Shown here: piece after piece, positions 33,909 to 42,734 of the stretch
How the letters are laid out: each line of letters opens with the position of its first letter
Position numbering within the stretch: position 1 is the first letter of the stretch
NCBI GenBank assembly: GCA_016765095.1
Contig: JAESQQ010000050.1
Location: 1 to 51,960, forward strand
Direction: 5' to 3'
DNA: 51,960 nt
Source of the DNA: Planctomycetota bacterium
Lineage (GTDB): Bacteria; Planctomycetota; J058
Notes under the pieces: model-generated
What the model was told of the DNA's origin: nothing
The model's database searches: none
What the model saw: the letters and a program-made list of their open reading frames with translations, nothing else
Position numbers and translations under genes: made by a program

Positions 33909-36900
33909 ATGGCCCGAAAAAAACGAAAGAAGACGGTTTCCTCCCCGGTTGAAACGGCCGACTACCGCCACCTTGAGAAGAAGCGCAAGAACATCCCGCC
34001 GGCGGCGATCGCTGCCGAAGGGCACGTTCCCGAGGTCCCAAAGGCGGAATACCTGTATTGTCCACACCTTCCTCCGGTCTTGCGTCACGACCCCGACGGC
34101 GGTGCCGACGCGCTCCCCGACCTCATCGCTGAGGCTGGACGTCGTGTCTTGTCACCGACAGAACAGCGCACGCTAGCGGATGCTCTCAGCAGCCAAGAGC
34201 CTTGGCTCGAATGGTCGGAGAAGCGGGAACAGCAACGACGCCGGCTGTTCGAGGTCGACCCTGTCGCACTACATATTCACGAACGCGTCAGCACACGAGC
34301 GGTCCTTCGTGCTGCATACCGAGAGGACGTGCAGCGCGAGCTGTTCGCGGATCCGCAGCTGCCATACCAGCAAGAGGTGAAGTTTTATCAGCACGATATT
34401 GACTGGACGAATCGACTTATCTTGGGCGACAGCCTTCAGGTGATGTCGTCCTTGGCTCGCCGAGAGAACCTCGCGGGCAAGGTCCAAATGATCTACCTCG
34501 ATCCTCCATACGGAATCAAATACAAGAGCAACTTCCAGCCTTTGGTAGGGCGAGTTGATGTCAAGGACAAGGACAGCGACCTCACGCGGCAACCCGAGAT
34601 GGTCAAAGCCTTCCGAGACACCTGGGAACTTGGGGTCCACTCCTATCTGTCGTACCTCCGCGACCGTCTAATCGTTGCAAAGGAGCTCTTGGCGGATACA
34701 GGAAGCCTCTTCGTGCAGATGGGCCTCGATAATGTGCATCGCGTGCGCGCCCTGCTCGACGAGGTGTTTGGCCCGCAGAATTTTGTCTCCCAAATCGCCT
34801 TCGTGAAGACGACGAGTTCAACGAGCAAGCAGCTGTCTTCGGTCTACGACCAGATCCTCTGGTACCGGAAGACCGATCAAATGAAGTATCGGCCGATCTT
34901 CCTGGAGAAGAGGCCAGGGGAGACGGGTGCGACGGGGTACAAGACAGTGCTCCTGCGCAGCGGGGAGACGCTCCCAAGCAGCAGGTTCATCGTCGACGGC
35001 GCCCTCCAGTTGCCTGAGGGTGCTGACCTGATCTTCGCCGACAACTACACGTCCCAAAGCCCTGGATCCCGATACGATGTGCTTCTTGACGGGCGCACGT
35101 ACCGTCCGGAGCCCGGTTACTGGAAGACCGACGAAGGTGGAATGGCCCGCATTCTCAAGGCGGGCCGACTGGGCGGCAGCGCGAAGCGAAAGTACCCAGG
35201 GTATCTCCGACGAATCTCAGATTTTTCTGCCTATCCGTTAGGAAACGTATGGACAGACACCCTCGGGCAAAACCAGTTCGGCGGCAAGAAGTGCTATGCG
35301 ACACAGACTGCCTTGAAGGTCATCCAGCGCTGCATGCACATGACAACCGACCCTGGCGACCTGGTACTTGACCCTACATGCGGCAGCGGCACGACCGCTC
35401 TCCTCGCCGAATAGTGGGGGCGGCGTTGGATCACGATCGACACGGGCCGGGTCGCTCTGACGACTGCACGGCAGCGACTCCTGACGGCACGGTATCACTA
35501 TTACCGCCTACGGCGCGTCAGTGCTCAGGACCTGAAGCGCAACCCGCAGGGAGCCTGGTTGCGGGATACTCGCTCGGAGATTTCGGGACCTTGTACGATC
35601 GCTTGCAAGACCGTCCCTCACATCCAGCCGGCAAGCGGGGTCGCCCAAAATGCGAATCTAGATCCGATCTTCGACAAGCACGAATCGTTGCTGGAGGAGG
35701 CCCTTGCTCTTTGCAATACCGCTCTCAGCAAGGTATCTGCTGCGACTCGGAAGCAACTCAGCGAGAAGCTAGCTTCGAAGCAGCAGGAGGAGGGAAAGGG
35801 ATCAGTCACCGAGGGTGACCGGCGGCGCTGGAGCCTCCCTGCGACGGGGAAGAGCTTCGAACACTGGACGGTCCCCTTTGAGGCGGACAACGCCTGGCCA
35901 GCTGCCTTGCGACGGGCTGTTGTCGCCTACCGCACCACCTGGCGCAAGAAGCAGGATGAGATCGACGCTTGTATTGCAGCAAACGGAGACCAGGAAGATC
36001 TGCTTGACGAACCAGAAATTGTGAAAGGCGTCCTCCGGGTCACCGGACCGTTCACGGTTGAGGGCGTACGGCCAGCCGAACTCTCGCTCGGCTCCGAGAC
36101 CTCACTCGAGGTGGAAGGGACCAGCAGCGCAGGCAAGAACTTGCACGCCTATCTAACGCGAATGGTGCACTTGTTGCGAGACGATGGACTCACGTTTCTT
36201 GACAACAAGGTGCGCCGTTTTCACCGCCTAGAGGCGGTTTTTGAAGCTTCCACTGGATCCGCCATTCATGCCGAAGGCAGTTTCGATGAGAGCGATCCCG
36301 AAGGATCCAATGCCGTTGCGGTCGGCTTCGGGCCTCAATACGGACCAGTGACTGCGGAGCAGGTCGAGGGACTCATTCGCGCGAGCAAGCGTTACGACGA
36401 GCTAGTCATTGCCGGTTTTAGTTTCGACGCAGAGGCATCTGCGGCTTTGCAAGACGTGACTCACCCGGCCTTGCGCGTCCACCAAGCCTACATTCGGCCC
36501 GATGAGAATGCGGCGATGGACGGGCTGCTCAAGCCCGACCGAGGGAGCCAGCTTTTCTCGGTGTTCGGCCAGCCCGAGGTGATCCTCACCCAGGCTGGAG
36601 ACGGATGTTGGACCTGCGACCTGGCAGGAGTCGACATCTATGACCCAGTCAACAACATCGTGAGATCGACTGGGGCAGAGAAGGTGGCGGCATGGTTCCT
36701 TGACACTGACTACGATGGGCGGTGCTTCTGTATCTCGCAGGCGTTTTTCCCCGACAAGACTGCCTGGGAGAAGATCGCCAAGGCGCTAGGCTTGGACACC
36801 GACGCTGAGCCGTTTAGTTCCTACAGCTCCACCACGTCGCTTCCGTTCCGAGGTGGCGAGAGCAGGAAGATCGCAGTCAAAGTGATCGACCCTCGAGGCA

Positions 36901-36935
36901 ATGAGGTAATGACCGTGCGAAAGCTCGAGGACTAG
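33909..36935 (+). pseudogene. ~1008-codon beta-class N6/N4 DNA methyltransferase (type III Mod-like) interrupted by one in-frame TAG
   Basis: AGGAAAG precedes ATG 33909, 14 nt after the UvrD stop. Motif IV IYLDPPYG, motif I [9 protein letters not shown]. ..ALLAE-TAG(35412-35414)[15 protein letters not shown] continues in the same frame into track ORF 35559-36935. Homologues usually read AEQWGRRWI. Confidence 0.8.
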
Positions 36936-36938
36936 CCA

Positions 36939-37304
36939 GTGGCCAAGAAGGCGAAGCGCCGGAAGGCATCTAGTCCAAACAGCAAGGGCGAGCGACTCCC
37001 TACCCAAGCAGTCGCGAATCCCGTCGTCAATAGCCCATATGAACAGCCGAAGAGACACTGGGTCTATCAGGTAGGTGAGGGGGAGCCCTACTTGATGGAC
37101 GGGCGGCGTTCCGCCAGCTATTTCTACAAGACGAAGAAGACCGGCACGACCCAGGATGGGCTGTTTCGGGACGAGCAGAGTGACGAGCTTCCGCTCGTCA
37201 ATCGGCTGAGGCACGACGTCGAGCGCTGGCGCGGGTCCAACTACCGAGGAGCCACGCCAGCAACACGTGACCTCCTTATCTATTGGGTGCCCATCTCTTA
37301 CTGA
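36939..37304 (+). pseudogene. N-terminal ~115 codons of a type III Res-like (DEAD/DEAH helicase) restriction subunit, truncated by ISKra4
   Basis: NPVVNSPYEQPKRHWVY...DGRRSASYF...LVNRLRHDVERWRGSNYRGATPATRDLLIYW matches the N-terminus of Res-type partners of long Mod methylases. The IS inverted repeat begins at 37285 and no helicase motifs follow. Confidence 0.65.
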
Positions 37305-37484
37305 CGGAGTCTGCAAGGGTTTACGACGCGCCAGGGCACCGTCCGGAGCAAATTGGTCATGAGGCAATGAGGCAACGCTGAGGGGCCTGTTCATGGACGA
37401 CGTAACGCTGGGGGCGAGACGTCAAGGAAGTGGCCATTGCTAAGGTTGAGAAGGCCAACCAACGAACACAGCCGGAGGGCACCA

Positions 37485-37630
37485 ATGGAATCGGACCCCA
37501 CGACCGACCTGACGCAATTGGGGAGCTTCGCTGAACTCCGAGATTTCCTCGACCGACGGCGAGAGGAGCCGGGCTCGTTCGAGGACTTCGAACTCGAACT
37601 CGGGAAACGGATGCGTGCCATTGAGAAGGG
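37485..37630 (+). pseudogene. Duplicated N-terminal fragment of the ISKra4 transposase
   Basis: MESDPTTDLTQLGSFAELRDFLDRRREEPGSFEDFELELGKRMRAIEK parallels MGSHTTTDLTEFESHAELRDFLDRRREEPGSFEDFERGLAKRFRTLEN of the full gene. 63 bp are identical (37529-37591 = 37743-37805). Confidence 0.75.
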
Positions 37631-37698
37631 CAAGGGAGTGGCCTCTGCTAGTGTTCGGAAAGGGTCGGTAGCCAACCGACACCAACTGGAGGCCAGCG

Positions 37699-39162
37699 AT
37701 GGGATCGCACACCACGACCGACCTGACGGAGTTTGAGAGCCACGCTGAACTCCGAGATTTCCTCGACCGACGGCGAGAGGAGCCGGGCTCGTTCGAGGAC
37801 TTCGAGCGGGGGCTCGCGAAGCGATTTCGGACCCTAGAGAACGACCTCAAGGCGCAGCAGCTAGCGCTCTACGACATTGACGCTCAGGTCATTCAGGTGG
37901 GAGGGCAAGAGCTTCGGCGGTGCCTGAAGAAGGAGCCGAAGACCTACCTGAGTTCGTCTGGGCCGGTGACGGTGGCACGAAACCTGTTCCGGCCGTCGAG
38001 TGGAGGCAAGAGCGTCTGCCCGCTTGATCTGCGCGCGGGACTTGTTGGAGGCTTGTGCACGCCAGTCCTCGCACGGCAGGTGAGCTACACAATGGGGCAC
38101 ATGACCTCCGCAGGGACGGCGGCCTTGTTCGCCGAGTTCGGGGTCGAGGGGCCGTCGAGTAGCACCTGTGATCGGATTCCGAAAATCGTCGGGGAAGTGT
38201 GGGAGCGCAGCCGGGAGCGGTGGGAAACAGCGCTTCGAGAGCAGGAAGAGATCCCCGCTGAGGCCAAGGTCATGGCCGTGTCGCTGGACGGCGTCATGGT
38301 GCCCGACAAGGAAGCGCAGCGGGAGGCCAAGGCCAAGCGGGAGGAGAAGAAGAAGAGCCTCAGCAAGCCCTCGGGTGGGCCCGCCGGCTACCGGGAGGTG
38401 GGCTGCGGAACAGTGTCGCTGTTCGACGAGGAAGGCAGGCGCCTAGAGACCGTGCGCTACGGTCGAGCACCGGAGCACAAGAAGAAGACGCTGACAGAGC
38501 AACTCGACGCCGAGGTGGCCTCGATCCTCGCCGTGAGAAGCGACCTCGATTTGGTCGCGCTGGCTGACGGCGCCGAGGAGAACTGGCGCTACTTCGCTGG
38601 CCCCACGTGGGAGCATGCGACCAAGATCGTGGACCACGGTCACGCCTGCCAGCACCTCAAGGCTGGGCTCACCGCGTATTTCGGCGCGGCAGAGGTAAAA
38701 GGCAGAGCAGAGTACGAGCGGCTCAAGATCATTCTCAAGGACCAACCTGGTGGTGTGGACGAGGTGATCGCCGAGTTGCGTAAGCGCGAGCGCAAGCTTC
38801 GCAAGAAGAAGCGGAAGAAGCGGAAGAAGCGTAGCGAGCAACTACGGAAGGAGCGCCAGTATTTCGAGAACCAGCGCGAGCGAATGGACTACGCGCGCTA
38901 CCAAGAACTCGGCCTTCCCATTGGAAGCGGGGTCGTCGAGGCGGCTTGCAAGACCCTCGCGACTCAGCGCCTAAAGCGCTCTGGCATGAGTTGGAGCGCC
39001 GGCAAGCAACCGATACTGACAATCCGAAGCCTGCAGCAGAGTAGCCGCTGGGGCAGAGCATGGCCGCTCATTGCGGCAGAATTCCGGAAGCGCCCGCTAG
39101 TCGTGGTTGTTCAAGACGGCCTGAAGACCTTCCGCCAGCCAGGCTACGCCGTGGCCGCATAG
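37699..39162 (+). CDS. ISKra4 family transposase
   Basis: VMAVSLDGVMVP, GYREVGCGTVSLFD, ALADGAEENW, HACQHL and the signature C-terminus PIGSGVVEAACKTLATQRLKRSGMSWS are typical of ISKra4-group transposases. Confidence 0.85.
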   Translation: MGSHTTTDLTEFESHAELRDFLDRRREEPGSFEDFERGLAKRFRTLENDLKAQQLALYDIDAQVIQVGGQELRRCLKKEPKTYLSSSGPVTVARNLFRPSSGGKSVCPLDLRAGLVGGLCTPVLARQVSYTMGHMTSAGTAALFAEFGVEGPSSSTCDRIPKIVGEVWERSRERWETALREQEEIPAEAKVMAVSLDGVMVPDKEAQREAKAKREEKKKSLSKPSGGPAGYREVGCGTVSLFDEEGRRLETVRYGRAPEHKKKTLTEQLDAEVASILAVRSDLDLVALADGAEENWRYFAGPTWEHATKIVDHGHACQHLKAGLTAYFGAAEVKGRAEYERLKIILKDQPGGVDEVIAELRKRERKLRKKKRKKRKKRSEQLRKERQYFENQRERMDYARYQELGLPIGSGVVEAACKTLATQRLKRSGMSWSAGKQPILTIRSLQQSSRWGRAWPLIAAEFRKRPLVVVVQDGLKTFRQPGYAVAA

Positions 39163-39301
39163 TCGCGACTGGACACTTTTCCTCTGCGTCAGTTCCAGGG
39201 CGGCACCCCCTCTCGATCCCCTGGAAGCTACGGTCGAGAGGGGCACCCCCCTTGGCGAGGGTGGCCGCTAGGACAGAGCGTGCGCCGAAGGCGCGCTCAG
39301 C

Positions 39302-42181
39302 TCACTTGAGGAGTTCGGAGATCCGCTGGAGGAGTGTATCCAGCTCGGCCTCCTCCGCGCGGTGGAAGGCGAGCGACGCCTTGAGGTGCCGCCCGCGCCG
39401 CACCTCCTCCCGAAGGTGCACGCCGAACTCATGGTTGGTGAGCCGCTCGAGTGCAAGCTCGCCAGGGACCTTGGTTGCCGCTTCGAGCTTGCTCTTGATC
39501 TGTGCGATCTTGAGCTTGAGCTGGCCTTGTTTTGCCATTTCGCCAGCCTTCTTGGCGGCGCCCTTGAGCATCCCGAACAGCCCGCCGCCGCCGCCACCCT
39601 CGCTCCCCTTGCCCGCCTCTTCCAGCTCCGCCTCGGCGGCCGCGAGCTCCGCGCGCAAGGACTCAATCGGCTCGAAGGGGTCGTCAAGGCCGGCCTCGAT
39701 CGCGCCAGTCTGGATCTCCTGACGCGCGTCGTTGAGCTCGTCCGCGTTCTTGCTGATGCGTTCCTTGAGCTCGACGATTTCCTCCTCGTTCTCCGAGCAG
39801 CACTTTCTGACGGACTTGCGCCGGCCCTCCATGCGGGCCTTGAGAAGTCGCGTCGCAGTGCAGGGGTAGGCGCCCGCTTGCGGGCGGACGGCAGCGTTCC
39901 TAGAGCCCAGGTAGCGCTGGATTCGGCCCTTCTCTTGGTCGAGGAGCGTCTGTTCGCGGACTGCGTTGGGGGGAAACTTGCCGACGCTTCCGAGCATGGC
40001 GCGGGCCGCATCGAAGTACTGCAAGCCCGTCAGGGCGCGTGCGATCGAGAGCCGGAGCTGCTTGGTCTCGAGCGGCGTGACCTCCTGACTGAGTCGCGCA
40101 TGGCAGAGGCCGATCGCCATCTTCAGCGAGCCAGCGAAGAGGTTGGTCTTCTCGTCGGTCCCCTGAACCGTATGGGCCATGAGGGTTGGGTTGTTGGAGA
40201 GGAGCGCGCCGCGGCCGTAGTCGACCAGGAGCTCCACGCAGGCCACGTCCATTCCATGGCCTAGGCGCAGGTCGGGGTTCTTGCTCGAAGGGTAGAGGGC
40301 CCAGGCGAGCTGGACCAAGCGCAGGTGCGCCGTGCCGTCCTTGGAGAGCTGGTGCGCGAGCACCGCCATGATCAGGTGGTGGTAGGGCTCCTTGGGGTGC
40401 TCACGCGCAATGTATGCGTGCACGGCGGTGGCTGCCTTGGCCCTGTCCTCGCTCACGAGGCCGCTCATGCGGTTGAGCGAAACCCGGTACAGGACGCCTT
40501 GTCCGTAGCGTTCGGCGTCGGCGATCACCTCCAGCGCCGGCCGGCAGCTGGGGTCGTCCTGGAACGCGTAGCGCGAAAGCTTTTCGGCGCGTTCGACCTC
40601 GCCCTGGAGCAAGAACACTCGACCTTGCCCCGCCTTGCCCGTCGCGGAGAGCGCAGGCACGCTGCTCGCTTCGACCTGGCGGTAGAGGCGAAGTGCTTCC
40701 TCGAGGTACTTCTGGTTGCCGGACTGCTCGTAGCGCCACACCGCCTGGCCAGGCTCGTCCAGAGAGGGAGGCGCCTCCTCGGCCTCGACCGCCTCGAGGC
40801 CGGCGAAAGAGGCGCGGACCTGGATCGAGCCGGCCTGGTTCCCTTGCTGCGCCTGGGAGTGCGCCTCCTTTGGACCCAGCGGGGGCTTGGCGTTGAGGAC
40901 GCGCCGGAGGTCGAGCGCGGCCGCCTTCGCGCTGGGGTAGCGGTCGTCCCGCTCGCGAGCGCAGAGCCCACGCATGACCTGGGCCGTGCCGGCCCCCACC
41001 TTGGGGTTGATCGTGCGCGGGTCGGGCACGTCGTTGGTCATTTGGAGGGTGAGGATCCCGATCACCGAGTCGGACTCGTAGGGGAAGCGCCCCGTGACGA
41101 GCCGGAAGATCGTGATCCCCAGCGAGAAAAGGTCCGCGCGGACGTCGCACTCCTCGACGCCCAGGGCCTGCTCGGGTGACATGAACTGCGGCGTCCCAAT
41201 GATCATGCCCTCGGGGTCCTGGCTCTCGTCTTCCCGCTCGCGCCGCGCCTTGGCCAGGCCGAGGTCTGCGAGCTTGGGGATCCCGTCGCGCCCGATCAGA
41301 ATGTTCTCGGGCTTCACGTCGCGGTGGACCATGCCGTGTGACTCGGCGCACACCAGGGCGTCGGCCACCGCCAACGCCAGCGCCAGGGCCTCGCCCTGAG
41401 GCATGACCCCTCCCGGACGCTGCGCCAGGAGTTCCTTGGCCGTCACGCCGTCGACGAACTCGAAGGCCACGTACTGGATCCCCGTGCGCGGGCACTTGCC
41501 CTGGTCGATCACCCCGACCACGTTCTGGTGCGCGAGCTTCGCCCCGGCCTTGGCCTCCGCCTGGAGCCGATCAACGAAGGTCGGGTCCTCCATGGCGAGC
41601 GAGGGGTTGAGCACCTTCAGGGCGACCAGGCGGTCGAGGCTGGCCTGGCGCGCCTTGAACACGCGGCCCATGGCGCCTTCGCCGATCTGCTCCAGGATCT
41701 CGTAGCCGGCGATCGTAGAGCCAGGCCCGAGCGACTCGACCGCAGCGGCGTCTGAGTCTCCAGGGAGGCCAGGGGGGAGCTCCTGCAGGACGCCCGAGGC
41801 CGAAAGGTCGAGAGACTCGTGCGAGCCGGCGAGAGCCTGCGCTTGCGCCTGATGGCGAGCGCTCGAAGCCTGAGCGTAGAGCGTGGCCAACACGCGAATC
41901 ACTCCCACGTACTTCGAGTCGTCGGCCATGCCGCGGCGGAGGTGACATAGGAAGGTTGTGCCCCCCTTGCGCGACTGGCTGACCTGAGCAGCGCTGTCCA
42001 CCAGGGCTTCGTGGATCGGAGCGGGCACTTGGATACCCCGGGCGAGAAGGCCGTCGACGCCCGCCTTCCAAACCGAAGCGGTGTAGAGCCCCATGCTCTC
42101 GACTCGGCCGGCCCCCTCAGGCCCGCTGAGGCTAGGGAAGGACTTTCCAAGCTGTGTTAGGAGGTCTGCCTCGGCGCTCAC
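39302..42181 (-). CDS. Ser/Thr protein kinase with long TPR-like and coiled-coil C-terminal regions
   Basis: IAGYEILEQIGEGAMGRVFKA..VALKVL, HRDVKPENILI, ADLGLAK, GTPQFMSPEQ. 959 aa. The helical repeat region and the Gly-run plus coiled coil at the C-terminus were judged by eye. Confidence 0.92.
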   Translation of the reverse strand: MSAEADLLTQLGKSFPSLSGPEGAGRVESMGLYTASVWKAGVDGLLARGIQVPAPIHEALVDSAAQVSQSRKGGTTFLCHLRRGMADDSKYVGVIRVLATLYAQASSARHQAQAQALAGSHESLDLSASGVLQELPPGLPGDSDAAAVESLGPGSTIAGYEILEQIGEGAMGRVFKARQASLDRLVALKVLNPSLAMEDPTFVDRLQAEAKAGAKLAHQNVVGVIDQGKCPRTGIQYVAFEFVDGVTAKELLAQRPGGVMPQGEALALALAVADALVCAESHGMVHRDVKPENILIGRDGIPKLADLGLAKARREREDESQDPEGMIIGTPQFMSPEQALGVEECDVRADLFSLGITIFRLVTGRFPYESDSVIGILTLQMTNDVPDPRTINPKVGAGTAQVMRGLCARERDDRYPSAKAAALDLRRVLNAKPPLGPKEAHSQAQQGNQAGSIQVRASFAGLEAVEAEEAPPSLDEPGQAVWRYEQSGNQKYLEEALRLYRQVEASSVPALSATGKAGQGRVFLLQGEVERAEKLSRYAFQDDPSCRPALEVIADAERYGQGVLYRVSLNRMSGLVSEDRAKAATAVHAYIAREHPKEPYHHLIMAVLAHQLSKDGTAHLRLVQLAWALYPSSKNPDLRLGHGMDVACVELLVDYGRGALLSNNPTLMAHTVQGTDEKTNLFAGSLKMAIGLCHARLSQEVTPLETKQLRLSIARALTGLQYFDAARAMLGSVGKFPPNAVREQTLLDQEKGRIQRYLGSRNAAVRPQAGAYPCTATRLLKARMEGRRKSVRKCCSENEEEIVELKERISKNADELNDARQEIQTGAIEAGLDDPFEPIESLRAELAAAEAELEEAGKGSEGGGGGGLFGMLKGAAKKAGEMAKQGQLKLKIAQIKSKLEAATKVPGELALERLTNHEFGVHLREEVRRGRHLKASLAFHRAEEAELDTLLQRISELLK

Positions 42182-42527
42182 CCAGGGGAGCGTACCACGA
42201 CGAGCGGCGTCCGGTGTCGGGACTGCGAGGAGAGGAAAGCGGCATCGCGGCTAGGTTCAATCTGTCGGAGAAGCGGCTTCCCGGCTGTCCTGGGGGTGGA
42301 GGGAATCGGCTTCCCGCCTGGCGGATTCGGGCTCTATTGTGAGGTCCCGGACGAAAGAGCAGGGGCCGCTTGGACGTCGCCGTCAGTTCGCGGCGCTTCT
42401 CCTTGGCCGTCGCCTTCAAGTCCCGAATCTGAATCTCCTGGTCCGGCGGCGAGGCCGAGATGGATAGCGCGATCGCGACGAGGGTCAAGGGGGCGAGGAA
42501 CCAAAGAATCGAGCGAAGTCGGGACAT
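42132..42527 (-). CDS. Small membrane-anchored protein (hypothetical); 3' extent uncertain
   Basis: AGGAG precedes ATG 42527. MSRLRSILWFLAPLTLVAIALSISA is a TM anchor. The distal half is Pro/Arg-rich and may be non-coding read-through overlapping the kinase start. Confidence 0.35.
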   Translation of the reverse strand: MSRLRSILWFLAPLTLVAIALSISASPPDQEIQIRDLKATAKEKRRELTATSKRPLLFRPGPHNRARIRQAGSRFPPPPGQPGSRFSDRLNLAAMPLSSPRSPDTGRRSSWYAPLGERRGRPPNTAWKVLP

Positions 42528-42734
42528 GTGATCTCCTGTCGCCAGAGTGCTAAGCCCTGGTGCTCCTCCACGCCCTTTCGGATCGGCGACCCGGCGTTGG
42601 CTAGGTGAAGGAGCGGTGCGAGAGGCGCAACGGGCGTGCGGGTCCGCGGGGCTGACCGCCTCCGCAGCCTCACCGCGCTTGAGGGGTTTGCTGCGCGGGG
42701 ACGCTAGCCTTGCCACTCTCTTAGCGGAGGTGCA

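Larger units (their letters stand above)
37285..39248 (+). mobile_element. ISKra4-family insertion sequence with an internal partial 5' duplication
   Basis: IR-L GGGTGCCCATCTC (37285-37297) versus the reverse complement of 39236-39248, GGGTGCCCCTCTC (12/13). Encloses an ISKra4-type transposase plus a duplicated N-terminal fragment. Flanks (TATCTATT / CCCTTGGC) show no target duplication. Confidence 0.7.

Noticed and set aside
39276-39298. Hairpin GAGCGTGCGCC-GAA-GGCGCGCTC immediately after the kinase stop, as an intrinsic terminator
   Set aside because: The stem is imperfect (wobble and mismatch) and is not followed by a U-tract on the transcribed strand. It cannot be distinguished from chance GC-rich pairing.
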